Counted from the first letter of the stretch, positions 28,443 through 37,449 are shown. The stretch: 44,628 nucleotides of DNA from Bacteroidales bacterium (GCA_049520195.1 JBEKQA010000002.1:1-44628); one strand, 5' to 3'. A program made the numbers and translations. Notes: a model not told the origin generated them from the letters alone.

Positions 28443-29714
28443 TTATTCCTTGAAATCAGGATACCTGAAGATATTGTTCTCGTAATTTCTTAGCAAAACA
28501 TAATCTTCATCACGTCCCTGGTAATAATCAGGTAATAAAGGTATCTTACCTCCACCCCCGGGTGCATCAATCACGTATTGTGGTATAGCATATCCTGTTG
28601 TATGTCCTCTCAGACCATCAATAATCTCGAGACCTTTTGCAACGGGTGTACGGAAATGAGCTGAGCCGAGAATAGGATCACATTGATATAGGTAATAAGG
28701 TCTGACTCTGATTTTCAATAATCCTTGCATCAATTTCTTCATGATGGCTACGTCATCGTTGATTCCCTTCAGTAATACAGTTTGGCTTCCAAGTGGAATT
28801 CCTGCATTGGCAAGCCTTTCACAAGCCTCTTTGACTTCTGAGGTGAGTTCGTCGGGATGTGTGAAATGAATGCTGATGAAGAGAGGATGATACTTTCTAA
28901 GGATATTGACGAGTGAACGTGTAATCCTCTGTGGTAATACGGCCGGTACTTTAGTGCCGATACGAATGATCTCAACATGTGAGATCGCCCTCAATCTTGA
29001 AAGCAGGTAATCAATGTGTGGATCGGGCATCGTAAGAGGATCGCCTCCTGATACCAGCACATCACGTATTTCTGGATGGCTTTCAATGTATTTAAATGCA
29101 GGCTCCCATGCCTTGGTCCCAACATGGCACTTATCCTTGGCAACCATATGCGAACGGGTACAGTAACGGCAATAGGTTGAGCAGAATCCTGTAGCAAGGA
29201 AGAGAACCCTATCCGGATACCGATGTACTATATTAGGAACCGGGCTGTTATGCTCCTCAGATAAAGGATCCGATGCTTCACCCGGACTGGTAAAGAATTC
29301 ATCTATCACAGGAACAACACATTTTCGCAAAGCCTGATCAGGATTATCCTTTTCCAGTAAACTCAGATAATATGGAGTTATACTTACCGGTAAAGTGTTG
29401 TTGATTTCAGCGGCAGGTCTTATCTCATTATCAGAAAGATTGATGAATCGTGAAAGCTGGTCAATCGTGCGAACGCTATTCTTTAACTGCCAGCGCCAGT
29501 TAGTCCAGTCCTTCTCTGTGGCTTCTGGAAAGTATTGCTTAATAAAGTCTAAGGAACGTGGGCTCAGATTTGTTTTATCTCGATCGAGCCGGTCTTGGAT
29601 GAATTCTCTTAATATCTGTTCTTCACTTATGAAACATTTTGTACTTGGAGGCTCTTCTTCTTCATTGAGCTCTGCGTGGGTCACTTCCGTTTTTTCGTTG
29701 TGAAGTCTTTCCAT
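28443..29714 (-). CDS. KamA-family radical SAM aminomutase (lysine 2,3-aminomutase-like)
   Basis: Radical-SAM cluster motif CSTYCRYCTRS, SGGDPL, and the family hallmark RPYYLYQCDPILGSAHFRTP. Confidence 0.9.
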   Translation of the reverse strand: MERLHNEKTEVTHAELNEEEEPPSTKCFISEEQILREFIQDRLDRDKTNLSPRSLDFIKQYFPEATEKDWTNWRWQLKNSVRTIDQLSRFINLSDNEIRPAAEINNTLPVSITPYYLSLLEKDNPDQALRKCVVPVIDEFFTSPGEASDPLSEEHNSPVPNIVHRYPDRVLFLATGFCSTYCRYCTRSHMVAKDKCHVGTKAWEPAFKYIESHPEIRDVLVSGGDPLTMPDPHIDYLLSRLRAISHVEIIRIGTKVPAVLPQRITRSLVNILRKYHPLFISIHFTHPDELTSEVKEACERLANAGIPLGSQTVLLKGINDDVAIMKKLMQGLLKIRVRPYYLYQCDPILGSAHFRTPVAKGLEIIDGLRGHTTGYAIPQYVIDAPGGGGKIPLLPDYYQGRDEDYVLLRNYENNIFRYPDFKE

Positions 29715-29880
29715 TTCAGTTTTAAGGTTACTAAAAACCGGCTTTCCCTGCCCTGCAGCCCTGAATGTTGTTCCATGGTGTAAAACATTGATAATCCGAT
29801 TTTTAAATTAATAATTCATTGAATGAATTTGCCGAAATTTATCCGCAAATTTCATCATGCAAATAGGTACATTTTTTTAG

Positions 29881-29888
29881 TACATTTG
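29881..29888 (+). promoter_or_regulatory. possible Bacteroidota -7 promoter element (TAnnTTTG) for the hydrolase gene
   Basis: TACATTTG lies 63 bp upstream of the 29951 ATG. A single-motif match only. Confidence 0.25.
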
Positions 29889-29950
29889 ACAAAGGTACAA
29901 ACTTATTTTTCAACAAAATATTGTTAATAAAATTATATTTCTGAACGCGC

Positions 29951-30721
29951 ATGAAATTATTTTTTAGGCACATGGGACAAGGGAATCCGGTGATCATATT
30001 ACATGGATTACTAGGACTTTCAGACAATTGGGTCTCATTTGGACGGCAACTTTCAACTGATTTCGAAATATTCATACCTGATCTTCGCAACCATGGCCAA
30101 TCTCCACACGATCCCGTGTTTAATTTCCCATCTCTTGTTAAAGATCTGTTGGATTTTATTAACGACCTAGGGTTGAAAAGGCTGAATCTTATTGGTCACT
30201 CACTTGGAGGAAAAACCGCAATGTCATTTGCCCTTGAGTACCCGGATAGAATAAATAAACTTGTTGTCGTAGATATCGCTCCCCGCAAATATCCTTCTAA
30301 TCTTGAACATGAATTGCTGATTGATGCTATGCTTAAAGTTGATCTTACCTTGGCACACTCACGATCAGATATTGAAAAGCAGCTTGAACCCAATGTTCAC
30401 AGTTCAAGATTGAGGCAATTTTTATTAAAGAGTGTTTATTGGAAAGATAAGCAATCACTGGGGTGGCGAATTAACCTACCTGTTTTAAAAGATTCACTTC
30501 CATTCATAATGGAGGAAATCAGCCCTAATAAGAAGTTGCAGAATCCTGTTTTGTTCGTTCGTGGAGGTCAGTCTGATTATATAACGGATAATGATGTTCC
30601 TGAAATTCTAAGGCTATTTCCGCTATGTACCATAAAAACCCTTGAAAACGCTTCCCACTGGGTACACGCCGATGTGCCCTTTGAATTCTATTCAGTGGTG
30701 CATGATTTTCTGATTTCCTGA
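29951..30721 (+). CDS. alpha/beta-fold hydrolase
   Basis: HG oxyanion-type motif (VIILHGLLG), nucleophile elbow GHSLGG, and C-terminal ASHWVHAD (catalytic His). Confidence 0.85.
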   Translation: MKLFFRHMGQGNPVIILHGLLGLSDNWVSFGRQLSTDFEIFIPDLRNHGQSPHDPVFNFPSLVKDLLDFINDLGLKRLNLIGHSLGGKTAMSFALEYPDRINKLVVVDIAPRKYPSNLEHELLIDAMLKVDLTLAHSRSDIEKQLEPNVHSSRLRQFLLKSVYWKDKQSLGWRINLPVLKDSLPFIMEEISPNKKLQNPVLFVRGGQSDYITDNDVPEILRLFPLCTIKTLENASHWVHADVPFEFYSVVHDFLIS

Positions 30722-31663
30722 TCAGTACCTTTCTACATCAATCGATGACACTGCAGTTTTAATCATGATATAGATCCTGGTCTTGTTGCCCTTGAAGTTG
30801 GATGTCTGATAAACATGGTTCCCTTTATTCTCAAAGCCTTCCAGGTTCTTGCTGACGAGGAATGATTCAGAGGTAACCTGGCAGCCTGATGTCTTTGGGA
30901 CATAGACATGTATCGAGGAAGCACCGGCATTGAACTCCATGAAAGTCTCCGGATTTCTATCTCCTAACTTCACAGTCATTGATGTTGCCCCGGCTTCAAA
31001 CTTTGCTGTATCAATTTTATACTCACTCAAATCAAAGTTTGCATCAGCAGCGCCAATATTCAGGTTAAGTGTCCAGACAGGTTTTGTATTCAGTTTTATG
31101 GTTACTTCATTTTTCCTGATATTGTGCCTTGAGGTTCCTTCTTTTAGTGTCAGAGAGATTTTTTTATCCTTGCCTTGGTCTTTTGTTGTCAATTCATAAT
31201 TTCCGATATCCCCGCTTTTGTTAAAGGAGAGAAATTCCGAAGTTCCTTCGTTTATCTTAAAATTGCCGGCAGCAGCATCCAGGCTCAAAATTCCTTTAGT
31301 TGCTATTGAATCGAATGGAACGGAAAGATTCTGATCACTGAAGGTTTTGGTATTCGTATCATTATCTTCATCATCCCATTCCCATCTGAAAGAATGATCG
31401 GGATGATGAAAATGCCAGTACCAGGGACGTCCCTCTGGCATATGGTTTATAAAAAGGAACATACTGACCAGTACAAGGCCCAAAAGAACATATTTCACGA
31501 TATCTTTTACGGGTAGAATGGTAATTCCCCAGAGTAAAAGGATGACAGGCCATAATCTCCAGAATGAATACCAGCTGAAATGTATGATCCCCAGATTGTT
31601 CAAAATGAAAAGCATTCCAATCGCGATAAGGATCAATCCCCAAAATAAATGTTTGTATTTCAT
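30722..31663 (-). CDS. membrane protein with LiaF/LiaI-like TM region and beta-rich C-terminal (toast-rack/DUF4097-like) domain
   Basis: N-terminal TM helices with repeated W-rich loops. The C-terminal half alternates beta-strand-like segments. It sits next to a PspC-domain gene. Confidence 0.6.
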   Translation of the reverse strand: MKYKHLFWGLILIAIGMLFILNNLGIIHFSWYSFWRLWPVILLLWGITILPVKDIVKYVLLGLVLVSMFLFINHMPEGRPWYWHFHHPDHSFRWEWDDEDNDTNTKTFSDQNLSVPFDSIATKGILSLDAAAGNFKINEGTSEFLSFNKSGDIGNYELTTKDQGKDKKISLTLKEGTSRHNIRKNEVTIKLNTKPVWTLNLNIGAADANFDLSEYKIDTAKFEAGATSMTVKLGDRNPETFMEFNAGASSIHVYVPKTSGCQVTSESFLVSKNLEGFENKGNHVYQTSNFKGNKTRIYIMIKTAVSSIDVERY

Positions 31664-31738
31664 GAGTTATCTAATTTACGGATTTAAATAAACATTTCTT
31701 GTGTACAGAAAAATGTCTGCATTTACCAGGAAAAGAAA

Positions 31739-32221
31739 TTATGGATTGTTTCTTCTTCCCGAAAAATTATTGATCAATAGGCCAATACCTATAGCGACAA
31801 GAATAAGCGGCCATAAGTCCGAGAAACTGACACGTGGAATAAATTCATCCGCCAGGAATAAAGCGCCAAGGGTGATCAATACCAACCCACCGATAAGATT
31901 TCCGCGATCCTTGTGACGTCGTGGAGGATAGGGGTAAGGCTCATTTTTTGGCTTTTCCTGTGTGCCCAGGGGTTCTTCATTTGAAGATTGCTTGTTTTCC
32001 ATATTTGGGGAATTTTGAAATTGTGAAAAATCAATTGGCTTTTCAGGTGTGATGATCCAGAGAATGATGTAAGCCAGAACACCACCTCCTGCCGCAATTA
32101 CTAGTACAACAAATAAAAGTCGAACAAGGATGGGATCAATATTAAAATATTCTGCAAGTCCGCCGCAGACTCCTGCAAACACTTTCTCGGTTCGGCTCCG
32201 GTAAAATCGTTTTGGTTCCAT
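31739..32221 (-). CDS. PspC-domain membrane protein
   Basis: FYRSRTEKVFAGVCGGLAEYFNIDPILVRLLFVVL is the PspC domain signature. Additional C-terminal TM helices are present. Confidence 0.85.
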   Translation of the reverse strand: MEPKRFYRSRTEKVFAGVCGGLAEYFNIDPILVRLLFVVLVIAAGGGVLAYIILWIITPEKPIDFSQFQNSPNMENKQSSNEEPLGTQEKPKNEPYPYPPRRHKDRGNLIGGLVLITLGALFLADEFIPRVSFSDLWPLILVAIGIGLLINNFSGRRNNP

Positions 32222-32293
32222 AGGGTATAAATGTTGTTTTTAATCGGTTATTAGACGACAGGGTGATTCCAAAGTTACATCCTTAGTTGTTTT

Positions 32294-33118
32294 TTATGAG
32301 ACCGTTTCTTCTTTCTTCCTGTAAACCCTTTTCGACAATTGTACGCTAATTTCATAAAGTGCATAAAGTGGCACGGATACTACAAGCTGTGTAAATGCAT
32401 CCGGACTGGGCGTAATCAACCCTGCAATAAGAAGGATTAAAACAATAGTATGCTTCCGGTATTTTGACATAAATGAGGGACTCAGGATGCCAATCTTGGT
32501 CAGAACAACCACCACCACCGGGAATTCGAAAATAAGCCCCATTAGCAAAGTCATTGTCGTTACTGCACTTACGTAAGAATCAAGGGCGATCTGATTGGCT
32601 ACCGATTCACTCACCTGGTAATTCCCCAGGAAATTGACCATCAGGGGAACTGCCAGAAAATAGCTGAAAAGTACTCCTGAAATAAATAAGGAAGATATAA
32701 CCAAAACGGCACCACGCGTATTTTTCCGTTCTGTTTCAGTCAGTCCCGGTTTGACAAATCTCCAGAACTCCCAGATTATATAAGGTGAAGCAACTATAAA
32801 ACCTGCAATGAATGACGTCGTCATATGTGCCATAAACTGACCCGCCAGGCTTATATTGATGATGTGAAGAGATGAAGTATCCAGGCATAACGAGTTAACT
32901 CCAAAGAATTTTCCGATTTTGCACAAAACCCGGTAAGTGATAAAATCTGAGTTCTTGGGACCCAGGATAATAATATCAAAAAGAATATGTTTGAAACTGA
33001 AAGCAACAATAGATAATATTACAAATGCAATAATACCATGAATGAGAACGCTCCTGAATTCATCCAGGTGCTCCCAGAATGTCATTTCCGTTTTACTTTC
33101 TCTGTTTTTCCTGCTCAT
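32294..33118 (-). CDS. tatC: twin-arginine translocase subunit TatC
   Basis: MTFWEHLDEFRSVLI start motif and six TM segments. Confidence 0.9.
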   Translation of the reverse strand: MSRKNRESKTEMTFWEHLDEFRSVLIHGIIAFVILSIVAFSFKHILFDIIILGPKNSDFITYRVLCKIGKFFGVNSLCLDTSSLHIINISLAGQFMAHMTTSFIAGFIVASPYIIWEFWRFVKPGLTETERKNTRGAVLVISSLFISGVLFSYFLAVPLMVNFLGNYQVSESVANQIALDSYVSAVTTMTLLMGLIFEFPVVVVVLTKIGILSPSFMSKYRKHTIVLILLIAGLITPSPDAFTQLVVSVPLYALYEISVQLSKRVYRKKEETVS

Positions 33119-33278
33119 CTTCTTTCAGCAAACAAATATAAAGATAATATGGCTGTAATGATTTCAAAAATTTGTCTGAGATAAATCAGATACCCGTTTC
33201 TAAAATATTGAATATTTTAAATATGTTTATCTTTGTAACTCATCAAATCTTTTAATTAAAAACCTAAAACTACTCTGA

Positions 33279-33674
33279 ATGGATATGGAAATAACTTTTG
33301 CCGGATATAAAAAAATCAACGCCAATATTAACGGACATATAATTAAAACGGATCAGCCGGTGACCTCCGGTGGAGAAAATTCAGCACCGTCACCGTATGA
33401 TCTGTTCCTGGCTTCTATCGGAACATGCGCAGGTATTTATGTCAAATCATTCTGTGACAACCGCAATCTTCCTACTGAAAACATTAAATTGATTCAGTCA
33501 CTCGAATTTACTGCAGAATCAAAATTACCTTCGAAAATCAGTTTAAAAATAGTGTTACCTGCTGATTTTCCAGAAAAGTACAGGGATGCACTTGTAAATG
33601 TTGCCGAACTCTGTGCTGTTAAACGTACCATCGCCAATCCGCCGGCATTTGATATTCATTGGGCAACGGTTTAA
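33279..33674 (+). CDS. OsmC-family protein
   Basis: About 130 aa with the APSPYDLFLASIGTCAG and AELCAVKRT Cys-containing motifs of OsmC/Ohr-like proteins. Confidence 0.75.
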   Translation: MDMEITFAGYKKINANINGHIIKTDQPVTSGGENSAPSPYDLFLASIGTCAGIYVKSFCDNRNLPTENIKLIQSLEFTAESKLPSKISLKIVLPADFPEKYRDALVNVAELCAVKRTIANPPAFDIHWATV

Positions 33675-33978
33675 AATGATATTTTACCCTTTTCACATTT
33701 GTAACTTCTTAATATTTTCAGTGAACAGTGACTCCAGTATTAACATTTTAATTACAGAACGATATATTAACTTATTGAATTTTAATAAGTAATAATATTT
33801 TGTCGCAAAAATCATTTTTCTAACAAGCTGATAATAAGCAGATAATGAAAATATACTGTGAAAACATTATTTTTAAATACCTGATAATTAGTGTTTAATG
33901 ATAAAATAATGCAAATTTGCGCAAATTCCTGATTTTTAACTATCTGATAATAAACAATTAACCCTTTATTCTTCCTCC

Positions 33979-34023
33979 CTTCCTATAACTTCCTATAGAC
34001 TTTCTATAGACTTTGTATACCCG
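33979..34023. repeat. about 4 tandem copies of a ~11-bp unit (CTTCCTATAA / CTTCCTATAGA / CTTTCTATAGA / CTTTGTATACC)
   Basis: Read directly from the convergent intergenic region 33675..34105. Confidence 0.6.
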
Positions 34024-34105
34024 TTGTTCGCTCTTCCTTCGCTCAGGGTATACTCATAGACTATTCAAACCCTTCCTCAGATTTTAAAATTGTTGTTCTT
34101 CTGGC

Positions 34106-34609
34106 CTAGGTAAATATGATCTGTGTCTGAAGTCCGCCACATAACGAATAAAAATCTCCGACAGTCAGGACTTCTTTAACACCTTCCCAAAGATCTTCTT
34201 TCTTGAGCTTAAACATATCCATCGCAAGTTTACAGGCGTAAACATTACCTCCACCGGCTTCTATCATTTCTAAAAATTCCTTCACGCCTGGAATATCCAG
34301 CTTTTCCATCTGACCTTTCATCATTGCTGATACACCCGCCTCAACTCCTGGCAACATTCCAAGAATAGATGGGAAAGGTAACCCGCCGGGCATTCGCATG
34401 GCCGGGTTTCCAACAGTTCCGGTATGAAGTTTATTCATTTGTTTTTTTGTGATCGCATCAAGACCAAAAAACGTAAAAAAAACATTGGTTTCAATGCCTT
34501 CCATTACGGCGCCATTCGCTAAAACAAGCGTTGCGTAAACATCTTCTATTGTGCCTTTTGCGCATATGATACAAACCTTTTTTAAAGGGAATTCTTCTTT
34601 GGTTGTCAT
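34106..34609 (-). CDS. DsrE/DsrF-like family sulfur-relay protein
   Basis: KKVCIICAKGTIEDVYATLVLANGAVMEG...FFTFFG is typical of the DsrE-like fold. Gene context is with TusE/DsrC. Confidence 0.7.
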   Translation of the reverse strand: MTTKEEFPLKKVCIICAKGTIEDVYATLVLANGAVMEGIETNVFFTFFGLDAITKKQMNKLHTGTVGNPAMRMPGGLPFPSILGMLPGVEAGVSAMMKGQMEKLDIPGVKEFLEMIEAGGGNVYACKLAMDMFKLKKEDLWEGVKEVLTVGDFYSLCGGLQTQIIFT

Positions 34610-34665
34610 TTTTGATTGAATTAAATTGTGAGTTTTAGTTCTATTTTAATTTGTAAATCAGGATG

Positions 34666-34977
34666 TTAAACACAACTTGCGGGTTTTGGAATACCTGCGA
34701 TCTTAGCAGCTTTCTTCATGGGGGCTCCCGGAAAAAGGCCATAAAATCCTTTTATATCCACAATCCCTGAATTCCCTACTGCCCTGATTGTCAAAGTCTC
34801 CCCTTTTTTGTGCTTCTCTCTTAAATAATCAAGAATAGCGAAATGCTTCTCCGTAAGCTCTAATCCTTCTTCTTTCGCTATTTCTATTGCAATTTCCTTA
34901 GTCCATTGTGAAGAATCGGTCATGTATCCTTCATCATTTACATTGACGGTTACGCCAGCTATTACTTTCTGTCCCAT
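34666..34977 (-). CDS. TusE/DsrC/DsvC-family sulfur relay protein
   Basis: Size is typical (103 aa). DEGYMTDSSQWTKEIA is present, with the characteristic C-terminal GIPKPASCV (penultimate Cys). Confidence 0.85.
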   Translation of the reverse strand: MGQKVIAGVTVNVNDEGYMTDSSQWTKEIAIEIAKEEGLELTEKHFAILDYLREKHKKGETLTIRAVGNSGIVDIKGFYGLFPGAPMKKAAKIAGIPKPASCV

Positions 34978-35072
34978 AAGAATAACTTTTTAGATTTACT
35001 GTTTAAGTTGAATTTAAAGATTTTTTATTTTTTTACTTTTTAATTCCATCTCTCTAATACATCTGTCCGCTC

Positions 35073-35104
35073 TTCCGCCATTTCACGATTCCGCCATTTC
35101 GCTA
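35073..35104. repeat. tandem 16-bp repeat x2 (TTCCGCCATTTCACGA / TTCCGCCATTTCGCTA)
   Basis: Read directly. 14/16 identical. Overlaps the stop codon of gene 35102..35764. Confidence 0.6.
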
Positions 35105-35764
35105 TCTCGCTATTTCCTTCATTACCTTTAGCGAGTATGAAATGGATTTTCTCACTTCTTTTGAATTAAGCTGACGCACGATTCGCCACATGGAAAGTAC
35201 CTCTTTTTCATCCTCCATTTTAACATTTGAAATTACCTTCGTGATTTTATTTAGGGTTGCCAGAAACTCTGGATCTGAAAGATTTCGTACAATTCTGGCT
35301 ATATTGTCAAGGTTATTTTCAACTTTCTGCAGATCTTCTGCAGGAAATACCTCAACCCATTTAGTTAATAATCTGGTAAGCAGGCGGATATATTCAAAGT
35401 AACCTTTCTGATCAAGTTCATTCATTTTGTTCACTGCGTCAAGCCCAACCTGGTGCAGAATAGGGGTGACATCCTTTGCAAAATCTTTTGCACTTTCAAG
35501 CATTTCGATCAACTCGTGAAAAGTGTCCACATTTTGCAGTACCCTGATGATCAGAGAGACGAACCCATCGTAATCAAGTTCAACCTGTGCTTTATCCAAT
35601 AGCACCACACTATTCTTAAATGCATCCTTTGCGACCAATGAAACATCAGTGACTAAATCATCGATTTCCTCCCTTTTTCTATGCTGTTCTTCAACGAATT
35701 CCAATAAACGGTCTATCTTCCTGTCAAGAAGTTGGATCTGTTCTTTTATCATTGCTTCTTCCAT
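35102..35764 (-). CDS. DUF1641-like helical protein
   Basis: Helical, acidic 220-aa protein immediately downstream (8-nt gap) of the SQR-like flavoprotein. The assignment rests on this recurrent pairing and overall character, not on a strict motif. Confidence 0.55.
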   Translation of the reverse strand: MEEAMIKEQIQLLDRKIDRLLEFVEEQHRKREEIDDLVTDVSLVAKDAFKNSVVLLDKAQVELDYDGFVSLIIRVLQNVDTFHELIEMLESAKDFAKDVTPILHQVGLDAVNKMNELDQKGYFEYIRLLTRLLTKWVEVFPAEDLQKVENNLDNIARIVRNLSDPEFLATLNKITKVISNVKMEDEKEVLSMWRIVRQLNSKEVRKSISYSLKVMKEIAR

Positions 35765-35772
35765 AGTCTCAT

Positions 35773-37002
35773 TTACATTTTTTTACCTGCCATAGTCATT
35801 TTTGAATCAATTGGCATCTCCTTGCCTTTCAATAGAATATGCCAGTAAATCCAACGGAACATTAATTTCCCGTAATGATTGGCCCGGGTTTCTTTTAACA
35901 GTCCGAATGGACCGATTCCTGGGAATGGAAAGAATCCCGGCAATGGCTCTGTATCATAATTGAAATCGATCAAAGCACCTTTCCCGAATCCTGTTTCGAT
36001 GTAACAATTTGAATGACCGTCAGAAGATGCAGTAAATGGCCGGTTTTCAATTGCGCACATAATATTTTCTGTTAAAACATCTGCTTGGAAATGAACAACT
36101 GATCCCGCTTTTGAGGTCGGGAAATTTCCTGCATCGCCGATCACAAAAATATTCGGGAAAAGATCTGACTGCAAAGTAAATTTATTGGCCTTCACATAAT
36201 CCATATCATCACCTAATCCGCTTCTTCCGATAACTGGATCTCCTTTATGTACAGGAATTGTGACAAGACAATCATATGCTATCTCTCTTTCATCATAAGA
36301 AATGAGTACCTTCCTGCTTTCATCAACCTTCTCAAGATAGAAATCAGGAACGATATGAATGTTTTTATCTTCGAGCATATTTCCCAGGACTTTCGATGCT
36401 CTGGGTTTTGTAAATGCGCCTGACATTGGGGTCACATAAGTGATATTCACTTTATTTCGTAAGCCTCTTTCTACGAAAAATGCATCAGCGAACATCACGA
36501 ATTCCAAAGGAGCAACAGGGCATTTGATGGGTATTTCCGCAATATTGAGTACCAATTCACCTCCCTGCCAGGTCTTGAAGAAATCAGCCAATGCAATGGC
36601 TCCTTCAATAGAATAGAAATCGAAAATATTTTTATGCCAACATTCGCCTTTCAAACCAGGTGTTTCTTCAGGAAAAGTCTTGCAACCTGTTGCAATAATG
36701 AGAAAATCGTATTTCAATGAAACTCCGTCTTTAAGAATGACATGATTATCCAGGGCATCAATCTTTTCAATTTCTTCAAAAACAACATTTACTCCCAATG
36801 GAAGAAAACTTGTCTTAGGTTTAATGACATCTGCTTTGATATACATCCCAAATGGTATGAATAGAAATCCTGGTTGATAATAATGTGTTTTATTCTGATC
36901 AACAATGGTAATATTCCATTCCTCACGGGATAAAAGCTTCCGTAATTTATTAGCCATGATAGTGCCACCGGTTCCGGCGCCGAGAATCAATATTTTATTC
37001 AT
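35773..37002 (-). CDS. NAD(P)/FAD-dependent oxidoreductase, sulfide:quinone oxidoreductase-like
   Basis: N-terminal Rossmann motif KILILGAGTGGT, the IKCPVAPLEF Cys motif, and a second dinucleotide motif VIGDAG. Confidence 0.8.
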   Translation of the reverse strand: MNKILILGAGTGGTIMANKLRKLLSREEWNITIVDQNKTHYYQPGFLFIPFGMYIKADVIKPKTSFLPLGVNVVFEEIEKIDALDNHVILKDGVSLKYDFLIIATGCKTFPEETPGLKGECWHKNIFDFYSIEGAIALADFFKTWQGGELVLNIAEIPIKCPVAPLEFVMFADAFFVERGLRNKVNITYVTPMSGAFTKPRASKVLGNMLEDKNIHIVPDFYLEKVDESRKVLISYDEREIAYDCLVTIPVHKGDPVIGRSGLGDDMDYVKANKFTLQSDLFPNIFVIGDAGNFPTSKAGSVVHFQADVLTENIMCAIENRPFTASSDGHSNCYIETGFGKGALIDFNYDTEPLPGFFPFPGIGPFGLLKETRANHYGKLMFRWIYWHILLKGKEMPIDSKMTMAGKKM

Positions 37003-37188
37003 CTGATATAAGAAAGTTAATTGTTAAATTTTTAACAAATGTAAATATAAATATTATTCGATATGAGGAAAGAATAAAAAAAAGTTTGGAAGGAATTGGT
37101 TAATCAGATTAACAGGAAATAAACTCCTGAAGTAGAATGAAATACTTTGGAATCAAAACAGATTCTGTATTCAAAAATTCAGATAAAA

Positions 37189-37449
37189 TCAGCCGGCTGG
37201 AGTTTTATCTTTACCCGGATCATCCTTCTTTTCTTCAGTTTTTTCCGGTTCTTTCTTCCCGTTGTCATGGATCTCGTCTTCAATCCCCTTCAAACCTTCT
37301 TTAAATCCTCTGACACCTTTCCCTATACCTTTCATGAGTTCGGGAATTTTTGAGCCGCCAAAAAGTAAAAGAACCACAAAAGCAATGAGTAGTATCTCCT
37401 GGGTCCCAAGGCCTCCTATTAATCCGGCAATTATAAATAGATTATGCAT
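37189..37449 (-). CDS. tatA: twin-arginine translocase TatA/E-family protein
   Basis: [33 protein letters not shown] is the TatA TM plus amphipathic helix signature. Confidence 0.9.
   Translation of the reverse strand: MHNLFIIAGLIGGLGTQEILLIAFVVLLLFGGSKIPELMKGIGKGVRGFKEGLKGIEDEIHDNGKKEPEKTEEKKDDPGKDKTPAG

Noticed and set aside
29715-29950. Possible lysine riboswitch (L-box) in the leader of the kamA-like gene.
   Set aside because: I could not recognise the conserved L-box core helices or motifs in the minus-strand leader. There is only a short GC-rich stretch (CAGGGCTGCAGGGCAGGGAAAGCCGG). An Infernal/Rfam scan is needed before making any claim.
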